A DNA stretch of 41,458 bases from Methanobacterium sp. (GCA_003164415.1 PLTK01000083.1:1-41458); one strand, 5' to 3'; shown: positions 1-11,352, numbered from the stretch's first letter. The notes: generated by a model from the letters alone, not told the origin. Made by a program: numbers and translations.

Positions 1-331
1 ATATACTATAAAAAAATTATATTATTCAGAGTAATATAATTAGCATAAAATGTTTTATAGTACATATTAATCGGGGAAAAATTTAATTGAATGATTTGAA
101 ACTAAATAAATCAATTTCAATATTATATTCCGAAGATAAGAGCTGATTCTTAAATGAAGGTTAAATTTGGTGAACATATTTTTTTAGTTTACAGTTATCT
201 TAATATTTTTTGAAGTACAACTATAATATAGGTCAGATTTTATGTATCCTAGTTGATTTGTTGTTTCAATAAAATCTTTGATAATAATTAAAAAAAATAT
301 TTTTTAAATACTAATTCAAGGTGAAATATAA

Positions 332-799
332 ATGTATAAGAAAATTTTAATTCCAACAGATGGATCTGAAAATTCAAAAAGAGCGAATAAACATGCTTTA
401 TGGATTGCTGATAAAAGTGATGCAGACATAGTAATTATGTACGTAATTGAACCACATTATCCCGAGTTATTAGCAACAGAATTACCAATTTCAACGCTCC
501 CCTCACCAGACGAACGATTCTATGAAGAGATAAGGGATGAAGGTAAACAGATCATTGAAAATTTTAGAAAAGAATTAGAAGATGTTCAATGCAAGGGCAT
601 ATGTAAAAATACTAATTTAAAAACTATAATGACAGAAGGTAAGCCTTCAAATGAAATTGTTAATGTTTTAGACAAAGAAAATATCGATCTTGTGGTAATG
701 GGTGCTTCTGGCAGGCATGGTCTTGACAGATTTGTTATTGGGAGTGTAACAGAACGCGTTGTAAGAAATGCTAGAAAACCGGTTATGGTTATACCATAA
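332..799 (+). CDS. Universal stress protein (UspA family)
   Basis: N-terminal YKKILIPTDGS and C-terminal DLVVMGASGRHGLDRFVIGSVTERVVR..PVMVIP USP motifs; AGGTGA RBS upstream. Confidence 0.95.
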   Translation: MYKKILIPTDGSENSKRANKHALWIADKSDADIVIMYVIEPHYPELLATELPISTLPSPDERFYEEIRDEGKQIIENFRKELEDVQCKGICKNTNLKTIMTEGKPSNEIVNVLDKENIDLVVMGASGRHGLDRFVIGSVTERVVRNARKPVMVIP

Positions 800-956
800 C
801 ATTCAATAATATTAAATATTAAATAATAATATTAATTACTTCAATTTTTAAGAATTATTGAAATTTTTATAATAATCGTAAAATATATGCTAAAAAAGGT
901 GAAGAAGTTGTATAAAAAATATGTTATAAATGTATTTATGTTAAAAATAAAATTCG

Positions 957-2699
957 GTGGTTTTAACTTTGGAATATAAATGGATAGCCCTATCAAACGT
1001 TCTCATATCCTCCTTAATGGGAATGATAAATATGAGTATCGTTTTGATCTCCCTTCCAGCGATCTTTAATGGTATTCATATTAATCCTCTGGATTCATTT
1101 CAATATCTATTATGGATATTGATGGGATATGGATTGGTCACAGCAACTCTGCTTCTGAGTTTTGGTCGACTTTCCGATATGTATGGTCGTGTCAAACTCT
1201 TCAGATTAGGATTTTTAATATTCACACTAGGATCTCTTCTTTGTTATCTTACTCCATCAACAGGAAATGCCGGTGCTTTGGAAATCATAGTGTTCAGGAT
1301 AATACAAGCTGTTGGAAGCGCATTGTTTATGGCTAACAGTGCAGCCATATTAACAGATGCATTCCCACCAAAGGAACTTGGAAAGGCACTTGGTATCAAC
1401 ATGGTCGCATTAATGTCTGGACAGTTTTTTGGCCTTATTTTAGGTGGTGTACTTGCAATATTCAATTGGAGATACGTATTCTTAATAAGCGTGCCCTTTG
1501 GAGTTCTTGGAACCATATGGTCATTTTACAAACTAAAGGAAATGTCTACTAAATCTGAGAAAACAAAACTTGATGTAGTGGGTAACGTTACATTTGTATC
1601 CGGTATCACACTCCTACTCATAGGTGTAACCTATGGTCTCATGCCGTATGGTAACAGTCCAATGGGATGGGGCAACCCCTGGGTCATAGCCTCGATGTTA
1701 ATTGGATTAATACTGTTGATCCTGTTCCCAATAATTGAAAGCAGGGTTGAATCCCCTATGTTCAGATTGGATCTATTTAAAAATAGGATGTTCACTTATG
1801 CTAATGGAGCAGGTTTATTATCAGCCCTTAGCAGAGGTGGAATGATGTTCATGCTGATATTGTTGTTACAGGGTATCTGGTTACCGTTACATGGTTACAG
1901 TTACGCATCAACCCCATTCTGGGCCGGTATTTATATGATACCGTTAACGATTGGAATAATAATAATGGGACCTACATCAGGGGCGTTGTCAGATAAGTAT
2001 GGTCCTAGATGGATAGCAACAATTGGAATGTTAATTTGTGCGTTAGCATTCATATTATTGGCGTTACTTCCATACAATTTCACTTACCTAGAATTTGGAT
2101 CCATCTTGTTTATGATGGGAGTTGGTGGGGGAATGTTTGGATCTCCAAACAGTTCCAGTATAATGAATTCAGTTCCTCCGCAAGATAGGGGAGTAGCATC
2201 TGGAATGATGTTTACAATTATGAATACATCGTTTACAGCTAGTATGGCTATATTTTTTACCATAGTCATCGTAGGAATAACACAAAGATTCCCCGATGCC
2301 ATGGCAACATCGCTGGCAAGTATTGGTGCCATCCATTTAGCACCGATCCTAGGTAATATTCCACCTACAGCCGCACTATTTTCAGCATTTTTAGGATATA
2401 ATCCTGTAAATGCAATATTAAGTGCATTACCTCCGGCACTTGTTTCAACTATACCTCATGCTACTTTGAACACATTAACAGGAACAACATGGTTCCCATC
2501 AACCCTCGAAAATGCGTTTATACCTTCACTTAGAATATCATTCATAATTGGGGCTATATTCAGTTTAATAGCAGCATTATTATCAGCACTTCGAGGAAAA
2601 AGCTATATACATGAGGATGAAGTACTTAAACCGGGTTCAAAGGCCTTTTTAAAACAAGAGGAATATGAAAAAAAGAAAGAATCACAACAAGGGAAATAA
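957..2699 (+). CDS. MFS transporter, DHA2/EmrB-like 14-TM drug-efflux type
   Basis: Motif [10 protein letters not shown] and [17 protein letters not shown] motif, many hydrophobic segments; the true start may be a few codons downstream. Confidence 0.9.
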   Translation: MVLTLEYKWIALSNVLISSLMGMINMSIVLISLPAIFNGIHINPLDSFQYLLWILMGYGLVTATLLLSFGRLSDMYGRVKLFRLGFLIFTLGSLLCYLTPSTGNAGALEIIVFRIIQAVGSALFMANSAAILTDAFPPKELGKALGINMVALMSGQFFGLILGGVLAIFNWRYVFLISVPFGVLGTIWSFYKLKEMSTKSEKTKLDVVGNVTFVSGITLLLIGVTYGLMPYGNSPMGWGNPWVIASMLIGLILLILFPIIESRVESPMFRLDLFKNRMFTYANGAGLLSALSRGGMMFMLILLLQGIWLPLHGYSYASTPFWAGIYMIPLTIGIIIMGPTSGALSDKYGPRWIATIGMLICALAFILLALLPYNFTYLEFGSILFMMGVGGGMFGSPNSSSIMNSVPPQDRGVASGMMFTIMNTSFTASMAIFFTIVIVGITQRFPDAMATSLASIGAIHLAPILGNIPPTAALFSAFLGYNPVNAILSALPPALVSTIPHATLNTLTGTTWFPSTLENAFIPSLRISFIIGAIFSLIAALLSALRGKSYIHEDEVLKPGSKAFLKQEEYEKKKESQQGK

Positions 2700-2819
2700 A
2701 TAACCCCTTGATCTGATTTTATATATTAAATAAATCAAAAATTCCCTTTATTTTCTTTTTAATCTAAAAAAAATAAGAATTAATATAAAATTTATTTGTT
2801 CTAACAGTAGCTTCTACGT

Positions 2820-3236
2820 TTAATCGGATTTACTGGTTTTATTTTTACTTAATTTTACTCCAATAATTGAACCAATAATTCCAAATACAAAGAACAAAGC
2901 AAATCCAGCAATTGCAGCCCCCACAATCAAACCTAGGAACAATGATTCCTTTGAACCGGTATAACCTATTGAATATACCAAGCTGGTTATCTGACTGCTT
3001 GAAAGTAACACAATTGTGACTGTGGATACGATCCCACCAATACCTGCAGGTATTCCACCATTTACAAGTCCATCTGTGTAACTTCCACCAACCAGGTATC
3101 CTGCAATCAATCCACCAATTACTGGACCTATTAAATCAACATTTTTTGGTAGATATAACCCAAAAATAATGGATAGTACGGTTGTTATAATAAATGCTGC
3201 AATTATTGCCTTCCAATTTAGTTCCATATAATACAT
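2820..3236 (-). CDS. Small Gly-rich membrane protein (DUF5518-like)
   Basis: WKAII, IGGLIAGYLVGG and GIIGSIIG patterns, about 4 TM helices; GGGGG RBS. Confidence 0.75.
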   Translation of the reverse strand: MYYMELNWKAIIAAFIITTVLSIIFGLYLPKNVDLIGPVIGGLIAGYLVGGSYTDGLVNGGIPAGIGGIVSTVTIVLLSSSQITSLVYSIGYTGSKESLFLGLIVGAAIAGFALFFVFGIIGSIIGVKLSKNKTSKSD

Positions 3237-3256
3237 CCCCCCAATAGATTAATATT

Positions 3257-3517
3257 CTATTTCACAGGTGCATACGGTGGTATTATAAAATTTCCCTTAG
3301 TCTTGATATAAAATCCATTTTTTACCACATAATTGGAAAATCTCTGCACACTAAAATTTGGACCATCTTGAGATTCATTTTCAGATATATAACCGTTTAA
3401 TAGATTTTCAAATTCCGATTCTGTTGCATTTGTTAAAATATTAAAGGGATGCTGAGTACCCCATACATGTGTAGAATCAATAAAATATCCATTTAATTTT
3501 CCCATTGTAATTTCCAT
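3257..3517 (-). CDS. Hypothetical protein (86 aa)
   Basis: ORF with GGGGA RBS, co-directional with the downstream gene; no recognised motif. Confidence 0.6.
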   Translation of the reverse strand: MEITMGKLNGYFIDSTHVWGTQHPFNILTNATESEFENLLNGYISENESQDGPNFSVQRFSNYVVKNGFYIKTKGNFIIPPYAPVK

Positions 3518-3869
3518 TTATAATTCCCCCTAATGATTATAATCTGTACATTTCCAGTATATAATAATAATTATAATCTTAAAATGTTTATTTAAGACTA
3601 TTCAAGCCAAATATTGAATTTAACAAAAAGCCCATATTTTAATATTAGTTGATGATAATAATTATTTATTTATCCAAATATATATTTAATAAGTTATTAG
3701 ATATTTAAATGATAAATAAAATCAAAATAAACTGTTATTTAAACATTTAAGAGCAAATCTAAAGATATTTTAATTGTGAATGTATATAAATTTTGTTTAG
3801 ATTTTTGACTAGGTTGATGAATAATGATAGGATTTAAATGATATTAAAATTAAACAAATTATAAAGGGG

Positions 3870-4946
3870 TTGTTAACTTTGTTTTCACCAATATTTAATT
3901 ACAATAATAATATTCTTAATAATATATCCGGAATTGAATTTTCTAGAGGTATAATCACCCAAGCTTCACTTATTCCCGAACTTGATTCAACTCTTAAGAA
4001 AAAAGCATACATAAAATCTGTACATGCATCAATAGCCATTGAGGGGAACATTCTAACCATTGATGAAGTGAGCAAACTGTTGAATGGATCCGATGATGTG
4101 GTTGATGATAGGGGTAAGAATGATGTAATGAGCTATGGTCATGTTCTAACAAATCTCGATAAATATCATGATAATGGTAGAATAACAGATCAACTTCTAA
4201 TTGATATGAACAGGGAAATAACAAAAAATGTTGCAGTTGATACACCTATTGGTGAAAACTACCGGGATGTTGACATTAAAGTCAAGGATATTGATACAGG
4301 CAGGGTCAGATTTATACCACCATCAAACATACATGTCCCTAGATTGATGGATGATTTAATATGCTGGATCAATAGTTCTAATGAGATTTCTCCCATACTA
4401 GTTGCAGGTATAGTCCACTATGAATTTCTGAGAATTCATCCATTTAAGACAGGTAATGGTAAAACCGCAAATGCATTAACAAAATTAATTCTAAATACAA
4501 GAGGATACGATATTAAAAGGTATTTTACCCTTGATGAATTTTATAATAATGATATTAATGCATATTTAAATGCATTAAAAACTGCAGATGACACATTTGA
4601 TCTTACCCACTGGCTTGAATATTTCACCAAAAATTTCTTAATATCAGTTACAAGGGTCAAGGCAGATGTTCAAAGACTATTAACAATTTCTCCATCCCCA
4701 AACGAGTTAGATAAACAACTTATTTTAAAGGATAATCAGATAAAAATTATTAACTACCTCCAAGAATATGGTCAAATAACCAATAAAGAAACCTCTGTTT
4801 TACTTGAAATGTCTTCACAAGCATCCCACAACAACCTTAAAAAACTTCAAAAGATGAAGATCATAACCCGAAAAGGGTCTGGAAGATCAACATTTTACGT
4901 GTTAAACAGAGTCAATGAAAAACTCAGAAAACAGCTGATGAAATAA
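3870..4946 (+). CDS. Fic/Fido-domain protein with C-terminal winged HTH and non-canonical active-site motif
   Basis: N-terminal SIAIEGN autoinhibitory motif; HYEFLRIHPFKTGNGKTANAL Fic-like motif; C-terminal ITNKE...KGSGRSTFY wHTH. Confidence 0.9.
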   Translation: MLTLFSPIFNYNNNILNNISGIEFSRGIITQASLIPELDSTLKKKAYIKSVHASIAIEGNILTIDEVSKLLNGSDDVVDDRGKNDVMSYGHVLTNLDKYHDNGRITDQLLIDMNREITKNVAVDTPIGENYRDVDIKVKDIDTGRVRFIPPSNIHVPRLMDDLICWINSSNEISPILVAGIVHYEFLRIHPFKTGNGKTANALTKLILNTRGYDIKRYFTLDEFYNNDINAYLNALKTADDTFDLTHWLEYFTKNFLISVTRVKADVQRLLTISPSPNELDKQLILKDNQIKIINYLQEYGQITNKETSVLLEMSSQASHNNLKKLQKMKIITRKGSGRSTFYVLNRVNEKLRKQLMK

Positions 4947-5073
4947 TAGACATTGGGATATTCTAATTATATAATAGTAAATTTTTATATTACTTACAAA
5001 TAAACATTTAAATTAAAATGTAAGAACAAAATCTATTATTTATGTAAAAATATAATAGTTTCAGGTGAGATTA

Positions 5074-5787
5074 ATGGGATATTTAGTCTGTGAAAAATGT
5101 GGAGGATATTACGAGCTCCGAAGGGGTGAATCACCAGAAGACTTTGACAATTGTCAATGTGGAGGTAAACTAAAATATGTTGATGACCTTGAAGATTACC
5201 CCTACAATAATAAAACTTCAACGGACAATTCCCGGTTTCATGAATCTTACACATCAGTTGTAGATGTTGAAGGATTATCTGATTCTATTATAAATAATCA
5301 TGAAATGGACGTACTATATACTGAAACAATTGCTTTGAGATGGTTACTGATCTTCTTTATGTTTATCTTAATATTTTTTGTTGCTCTATTATTGTATCAG
5401 AGTTTAGTTATTCCTAATGAGGTGAATCCTTTAATTAATATTATATTGGCCATTGTCGTTATATCTATACTTTTTTCGGCAAATTTTATTATCCTACGTA
5501 CAAAAATTACACAAAAATACCTATCAATATCTTGTGGACTATTCAAACATATAATCCGGTGGGAAGATATTACAAGCTGCCGTTTAGATAATTCAATTGA
5601 ATTTAATGGTTATGGTATACGTTATGGTAGTATAAATGGAGAAAGGGTTCAGGGATATGTTATGGGAAATTCAAAGGTTTTAATCTCGCTAAATAAAGGT
5701 AAATACAGAAATTTTGTATTTACAACTAGAAATCCCGAAGAAATCATCATGTTGATAAGAAAACAAATAGGTTTAGTTTACGACTAA
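5074..5787 (+). CDS. Membrane protein with N-terminal CxxC...CxC zinc-ribbon-like module and 2 TM helices
   Basis: [15 protein letters not shown]...[14 protein letters not shown]; two TM segments; AGGTGA RBS supports ATG at 5074 rather than 5065. Confidence 0.8.
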   Translation: MGYLVCEKCGGYYELRRGESPEDFDNCQCGGKLKYVDDLEDYPYNNKTSTDNSRFHESYTSVVDVEGLSDSIINNHEMDVLYTETIALRWLLIFFMFILIFFVALLLYQSLVIPNEVNPLINIILAIVVISILFSANFIILRTKITQKYLSISCGLFKHIIRWEDITSCRLDNSIEFNGYGIRYGSINGERVQGYVMGNSKVLISLNKGKYRNFVFTTRNPEEIIMLIRKQIGLVYD

Positions 5788-5837
5788 TATTTAAGGATTT
5801 ATTTTAAATAATTGTTTTTTTAAAAAGGAGCGTTATA

Positions 5838-6617
5838 ATGGTTTTTGATCTGCATTTAATACTACTTCCAATCTTTGGTTTTTTAATTGGAGCCTTTGTA
5901 ACCACTATAGGTGGTGGAGGTGGAGTTTTCTACGTTCCGGTTTTAACCCTGTTTTTTGATATTTCAACACAGCTTGCAGTTGCAACATCACTAGCAGCGG
6001 TCCTTCCCACCACAATAATGGGTGCATTGAGCCATCACAGACTTGGTCACGTGAATATACGTCTCGGCTTAATTTTTGGTATTGGAGGAATTGTAGGAAC
6101 ATTATTTGGTGCTTATATGGCTAATAAAATACCATCAATACTTTTAAGAAAGATCTTTGGGATTTTTCTCCTGATAATGACCGTTCCCATGATAATTAAT
6201 GCACTTAAAAGAAGAAAAAAATCCTACAAAGAGAATGAAAGTGTGAAACTAACAGGATACAAAACATTTTTAGGCTCATTTTTCGGTGTTGTTTCAGGAA
6301 CCATGGCAGGACTTTTTGGAATCAGTGGAACACCCCCAGTTACTGCCGGATTATACATTTTTGGCCTTCCAGCTGTGGCTGTTGTAGGTACATCCTTATT
6401 TGTACTCACTTTCAATGCTGTTTCAGGCCTTTCGGGATATTATCTCCTGGGACAGTTCAACCTGACACTTATCATACTTTTAGGTGGTGGTGGAGCATTA
6501 GGGGCATTTATTGCACCTTACATTGTAAAAAGAATTAATGAACAAACAATTGAGAGGATATATGCCCCGCTTCTTGTAAGTTTAAATCTTATAATAAGTT
6601 TTGCCATGATACTCTAA
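5838..6617 (+). CDS. TauE/SafE family sulfite exporter-like permease
   Basis: GGGGGVFYVP, AVATSL, GLFGISG and GTSL repeated half-motifs; about 8 TM. Confidence 0.9.
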   Translation: MVFDLHLILLPIFGFLIGAFVTTIGGGGGVFYVPVLTLFFDISTQLAVATSLAAVLPTTIMGALSHHRLGHVNIRLGLIFGIGGIVGTLFGAYMANKIPSILLRKIFGIFLLIMTVPMIINALKRRKKSYKENESVKLTGYKTFLGSFFGVVSGTMAGLFGISGTPPVTAGLYIFGLPAVAVVGTSLFVLTFNAVSGLSGYYLLGQFNLTLIILLGGGGALGAFIAPYIVKRINEQTIERIYAPLLVSLNLIISFAMIL

Positions 6618-6649
6618 AATAAAAAAAAAAATATAAATATAGTTTTTTT
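6618..6649. terminator. Probable bidirectional oligo-T terminator between convergent genes
   Basis: A-run followed by T-run between the stops of the TauE-like and tspO genes. Confidence 0.5.
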
Positions 6650-7147
6650 TTATGGGTTGAGTATGAACAGGTTATACTGAAGATACGATGCAATACTAAC
6701 CCAGATCAAGTAGGGTATGAGTAAAAGCCCTGCAGGTCGAGATATACGATAGAATACGAAGATGTTGATTAGTATCGCAACCCATAATATCAGTACCATT
6801 ATTAATCCCCCTAATATGTTGTGGCCTCCAAAAAAGACTATTGACCATAGAACATTTATACACAACTGAACAGCAAAAACTAGGATGGATATCTGCACGT
6901 CTTTTCTACCAAGACCCTTTCTCCATATTAAAAATAATGAAGTTCCAATAAAAATATATAAGACACTCCATATTGGTCCAACAGCCCAATTTGGAGGTGC
7001 CCATCCGGGTTTAGCTAGATAAACATACCATGTGGTGATCTCTTTTAATGTATATAATGTACCAACAGCACCAGCAACAAAAACTATTAATATTGAAACA
7101 ATTAATTTAGGGACCTCACGAATACTGAAATTATCCATATAGCTCAA
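6650..7147 (-). CDS. tspO: TspO/MBR family translocator / sensory protein
   Basis: WY..LAKPGWAPPNW..GPIWSVLY, QL..N..WS.VFFG and LLIPYLIWVSIASYL motifs. Confidence 0.95.
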   Translation of the reverse strand: MSYMDNFSIREVPKLIVSILIVFVAGAVGTLYTLKEITTWYVYLAKPGWAPPNWAVGPIWSVLYIFIGTSLFLIWRKGLGRKDVQISILVFAVQLCINVLWSIVFFGGHNILGGLIMVLILWVAILINIFVFYRISRPAGLLLIPYLIWVSIASYLQYNLFILNP

Positions 7148-7249
7148 AACCTCCCTATCCGTAGAAAATTTTTATTTAAATATTAAAAACCTTCAGTATA
7201 AATAATAATTTCATGGAATGTCTAAATAAATATTTCGTTAACCTACCTT

Positions 7250-7275
7250 TTTTTATCAAAAATTTTTGATAAAAA
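7250..7275. promoter_or_regulatory. Perfect 26-bp palindrome in a divergent promoter region
   Basis: TTTTTATCAAAAA|TTTTTGATAAAAA read directly; function inferred only. Confidence 0.4.
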
Positions 7276-7375
7276 TTTAATCTTAACACAACTCAAATAA
7301 TTATAATGAAACTTTCACAAAAAATACAAAATATTATAATTAAATAATAATTTGTAAAATTCCGGTGTAAATTTT

Positions 7376-7963
7376 ATGTTACCAAGTTTAAAATCATTTG
7401 AATCCACAGTTTTCCTATTAGCAATTATCCTCTGGATCTTATCTGAATATGTTGGTGCAGTAATAATTCCAAATTTGCTTCGTCATGGGAAAAAAATAAG
7501 GAAAAATGACAGGGGATCCCGTCTATTATTATCATTGGGTATGTACATTTCTGTTATTGTGGCGTTTTACTTTGCATTTCATAATATTGGATTTTTACCC
7601 ATATGGACCTTTTATCCCGGTATCTTTCTAATGATCCTGGGAATTTTTATACGCCAGTGGTCTATAAGGGAACTTGGAGTTTTCTTCTCTGTACAAGTTG
7701 GGATTCAAAAAGGACAAAAAGTTGTAAAAAAGGGCCCCTATAAACTTGTAAGACACCCTTCGTACACAGGACTACTTTTAACTTTAATAGGCATAGGATT
7801 AGCATTACAATCACTAGGTGCTGTAATTATAATGGTATTAGTATTTAGCCTCACCTTTGGTTATCGAATCCATATAGAAGAGAAATTATTAATTTCAAAG
7901 TTAAATGGTGAGTATGTTCAGTATATTACCAAAACAAAAAGACTCATCCCATATATCATTTGA
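7376..7963 (+). CDS. Isoprenylcysteine carboxyl methyltransferase (ICMT/Ste14) family membrane methyltransferase
   Basis: GPYKLVRHPSYTG, RIHIEEKLL and Y.QY...TKRLIPYI motifs. Confidence 0.9.
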   Translation: MLPSLKSFESTVFLLAIILWILSEYVGAVIIPNLLRHGKKIRKNDRGSRLLLSLGMYISVIVAFYFAFHNIGFLPIWTFYPGIFLMILGIFIRQWSIRELGVFFSVQVGIQKGQKVVKKGPYKLVRHPSYTGLLLTLIGIGLALQSLGAVIIMVLVFSLTFGYRIHIEEKLLISKLNGEYVQYITKTKRLIPYII

Positions 7964-8016
7964 ATATTCTTAAATATAATTTATATCTATATTTCACCCA
8001 TATCTTTTACTTATTT

Positions 8017-11000
8017 TTAAATCCTATTTTCATATTTTAGTTCCTGAAATGTAATTTTAAAACTAGTACCATCACTTGTATCAACTTTTAATTTACCATC
8101 TAACTGGTTTATCAGACTATTTACAAGTTGAAGACCGAGAGTTTTCGAAGATTCCAGAACTAACTCTTCAGACATTCCTGTTCCATTGTCGGCAATGGTA
8201 AGTTCGAGTTGATCCTGATTAGACACAAGTTTAATTGTAATTTTACCAATATGTTCAGGAAATGCATATTTAACACTGTTAGTTACCAGTTCATTGATGA
8301 TAAGTCCTAATGGTATGGCTGTGTCAATATTCAAGTTTATATCATGTATCTCTAACACAGATTCGATGTCGCCATTTAAAATTCCATAGGAATAGTATAT
8401 ATCCAGTATAAGTTTCTCAATATACTCTTTGAAGTTGATATTGGTAAGACTCGAGGATTGGTATAGTTTTTCATGGATTATTGCCATACTCTTAATCCTG
8501 CCCTGACTTTCCTTTAAAACATTTATAGTTTCGTCCATATCTTCAAATTGTATCTGTAAATTCAGTAGACTGGAAATAATTTGCATATTATTTTTTACTC
8601 TATGATGAATTTCCCTTAATAGAACTTCTTTTTCGGCCAAAGATTTTTTTAATTCTTTTTCATCCCTTACTTTCTGTAAAGCCATGGTGTAAAAATGAGT
8701 AAGTCTCAGTATGGCCTCAAGATCCTTTTTAGTATAATCTCGATTTGAATTACAAATAGCAATCTGACCAACTAACTCCTCTTTCAAAATAACAGGTACC
8801 GATAGAAATCTTTCTATTTTCATATCATGATAATCAATATGATCGGGATGGGATGTTGCATTGTTGGTAAAAAATCCCCTTTTAATATTCAAGCTGTGAC
8901 CCATGAGACTCTCATATTTTCCTTCTTCTGTAAGTTTTAACATTGGTTGATTGTAATAGTTGTCTTGTGATGATGGGATCCTGGATATTAAAACCATTAC
9001 ATGGGTGTTTGGAATTATCTCACCAACAAATCCCATGCTGCTCCCTGTTAATTTTAATGATTCATTGAGTATGGTCTTTGAAATATCTTCTAAGCTGGTT
9101 TGTTTAGAAACCAAGGGGGTGTAAAGTTTATTTAATGCTTTGTTAACTTCCAGTTCCCATTTAAGATCCTGGTTCTGTTTCTTTTGTTCTGTCATATCAA
9201 CAATTGAACTTATATACTCCTCAACACCGGGTATTTTGTCCACTGTAATTTGTACATCGAATATTTTACCTTCCCTGTTAATTATCCTGGTTTCATATTC
9301 AGATGGGGCAGAATCTGGATCCATAATCCTTTTTTCGTGATACTCCAACATTAAATTTAAATCATCTGGATGTATAAATTCCATCCAGTTCATGCGTCCT
9401 TCAATTTCCATCCGGCTGTAACCTGAAAGAAGTTCTGTCTCAGAGTTGATCATTTTGATAATGCCCTCATGTCCATATATGATGGTTGCAGCCCCTGTAT
9501 TTTCAAAGATAGTCCTGTATGAATTTTCTGATATTCTAAGGGCATTTTCTGTTTTTTTACGGGCAGTAATGTCCATGAACATGCCAGATATTATATCATC
9601 TTCTAAAATGGCACTCACAAGTGCATTTACTGTTTTTCCATTCTTTCCAATGGTTTCTAATTCATAATCAGTTACCTTTCCATCTATTTTTAATTTTTGG
9701 ATCAACTGAAACCTATCTCCAGGATTTTTGTACAGCTTTATAATGTTATGCTGGTTCAAATCCATTGTAGAGTCATAGTTGTATATATTTATCATGGCAT
9801 CATTAACAAAAAGAAACTCACCATCTAAACGTGATTTAAAAACTCCTACACTGGTATAATCAACGAGATCCCTGTAATTTCTTTCGCTAATTTTTAATGC
9901 ATTTTCAGTTACTTTATGGTCTTCAAGAGATTTTGCAAGTTTTAGGTTGCTAAAACTAAGACTTGATATCATTTCAGCAAATTTTAAATAGAACCCCATT
10001 ATTGTTTCAACCCTACTTAGAGTCCATTTGGGGACTTTTTCAAATGCTTCCATATATTCTGTACAGTCAAATCCATATTTTTCAGCCTGGGCTTCAAATA
10101 TTTTCGGATCAAGAGGTTCATCTTCAAAAAAGAATTGTGCTAGAAATAAATTACCAAAATGTTTTTGACCTAGCATTATAGGAGTAACGGCTTCCCATAG
10201 GTTATTTTTACATTTGTATATTTTATATTCACCATGATTCAGACCCTGTGTCATATAAACATCACTTTCAACACAGTTCTTACAACTTTCCCTATTTATT
10301 CTATGAAAATTGGTGCATATATTCTGCCAGCCGGTTGCAACAAGGATATTACCCTCCAAATCCAAAATTCCCATACCTGTATTGGTAATATTATAAAAAT
10401 CATCCATTAACGATTGTATTTTAGGACTGTTAATGATGTTTTTAAACTCCTCCTCATCAACTTCATAATCTGGTGAAAGTATTTTATCCAACTTTAATCT
10501 TAACTTCTCCTCACTATCCTTTAATGCCTTTTCTATCCTTATACGTTCACTTATATCCCTGGCAATGGATAAAACATATTCTTCTCCCTTCATGACGAAT
10601 AAATGGGCATTGATCTCTACAGGTATGTTTCTACCATCCTTAGTCACATGTAATGAATTAAAAGTTTTCTTTTGTTCATGGTAAAGATTTTCAATATTTA
10701 AAGGTATTCTGCTGATATTTTCAAGATTATCAACATCTTGAGGGCCCATATTCATCAATTCTTCACGTGTGTAACCTAAACTTTGACATGCACGATCATT
10801 CACTTCCAAGAAGTTTCCAGGATTTTTTCCATGTAATCTATGAAGAAACATTGCATCATTGGCTTTGTTAAATACTTCTCGGAATTTTTCTTCGCTTTCA
10901 ATTAATTCTTTTCCTATATTTTTCCATTCGGTTATATCTTGTATAGTTCCATAGGCGTAGGGGCTGTGATCTTCGGTTGACATTATAATTTTAATACGCA

Positions 11001-11352
11001 CAGCCATGTGTCGAATATCTCCATTTTCTAAAATTATACGATGTTCTAATCGTGTGCCAAAAGCAGATTCTTTATTTTTTAATGATTTTTTCATATCATC
11101 TAAAAATAGCTCCACATCATCGGGATGTAAAAATCTGTTAAAATAATCCCTAGAAGACATGGTGTAACCGCCTTCTTTAACAGCCGATGTACCAATCATG
11201 GTGTAAAAACGGTCATTGAATATGTAACAGTCATTGAATATATCAAATTCCCAGCTTGCAAGATTTGCGATCTCCATAGCATTTTCTAACTGTATTTGAC
11301 TCATTTTAAGTGCTTTTTCAGTATTTAGAACATCCCTAAACTCTTTGGCCAT
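8017..11352 (-). CDS. Cytoplasmic sensor histidine kinase: PAS-PAS-PocR-PAS-PAS-GAF-HisKA_2-HATPase
   Basis: H-box EIHHRVKNNMQ, N-box INELVTNSVKYAF, G-boxes DNGTG/TLGLQLV; PocR pattern GWQNICTNFHR..SCKNC.ESD..YKCKNNLWE; PAS/PAC ends DITE/DISE/DITA. Confidence 0.92.
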   Translation of the reverse strand: MAKEFRDVLNTEKALKMSQIQLENAMEIANLASWEFDIFNDCYIFNDRFYTMIGTSAVKEGGYTMSSRDYFNRFLHPDDVELFLDDMKKSLKNKESAFGTRLEHRIILENGDIRHMAVRIKIIMSTEDHSPYAYGTIQDITEWKNIGKELIESEEKFREVFNKANDAMFLHRLHGKNPGNFLEVNDRACQSLGYTREELMNMGPQDVDNLENISRIPLNIENLYHEQKKTFNSLHVTKDGRNIPVEINAHLFVMKGEEYVLSIARDISERIRIEKALKDSEEKLRLKLDKILSPDYEVDEEEFKNIINSPKIQSLMDDFYNITNTGMGILDLEGNILVATGWQNICTNFHRINRESCKNCVESDVYMTQGLNHGEYKIYKCKNNLWEAVTPIMLGQKHFGNLFLAQFFFEDEPLDPKIFEAQAEKYGFDCTEYMEAFEKVPKWTLSRVETIMGFYLKFAEMISSLSFSNLKLAKSLEDHKVTENALKISERNYRDLVDYTSVGVFKSRLDGEFLFVNDAMINIYNYDSTMDLNQHNIIKLYKNPGDRFQLIQKLKIDGKVTDYELETIGKNGKTVNALVSAILEDDIISGMFMDITARKKTENALRISENSYRTIFENTGAATIIYGHEGIIKMINSETELLSGYSRMEIEGRMNWMEFIHPDDLNLMLEYHEKRIMDPDSAPSEYETRIINREGKIFDVQITVDKIPGVEEYISSIVDMTEQKKQNQDLKWELEVNKALNKLYTPLVSKQTSLEDISKTILNESLKLTGSSMGFVGEIIPNTHVMVLISRIPSSQDNYYNQPMLKLTEEGKYESLMGHSLNIKRGFFTNNATSHPDHIDYHDMKIERFLSVPVILKEELVGQIAICNSNRDYTKKDLEAILRLTHFYTMALQKVRDEKELKKSLAEKEVLLREIHHRVKNNMQIISSLLNLQIQFEDMDETINVLKESQGRIKSMAIIHEKLYQSSSLTNINFKEYIEKLILDIYYSYGILNGDIESVLEIHDINLNIDTAIPLGLIINELVTNSVKYAFPEHIGKITIKLVSNQDQLELTIADNGTGMSEELVLESSKTLGLQLVNSLINQLDGKLKVDTSDGTSFKITFQELKYENRI

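Noticed and set aside
4446-4466. TGNGKT in the Fic protein read as a Walker A P-loop
   Set aside because: Lacks the G/A at the first position of GxxxxGKT and sits exactly at the Fic anion-binding loop
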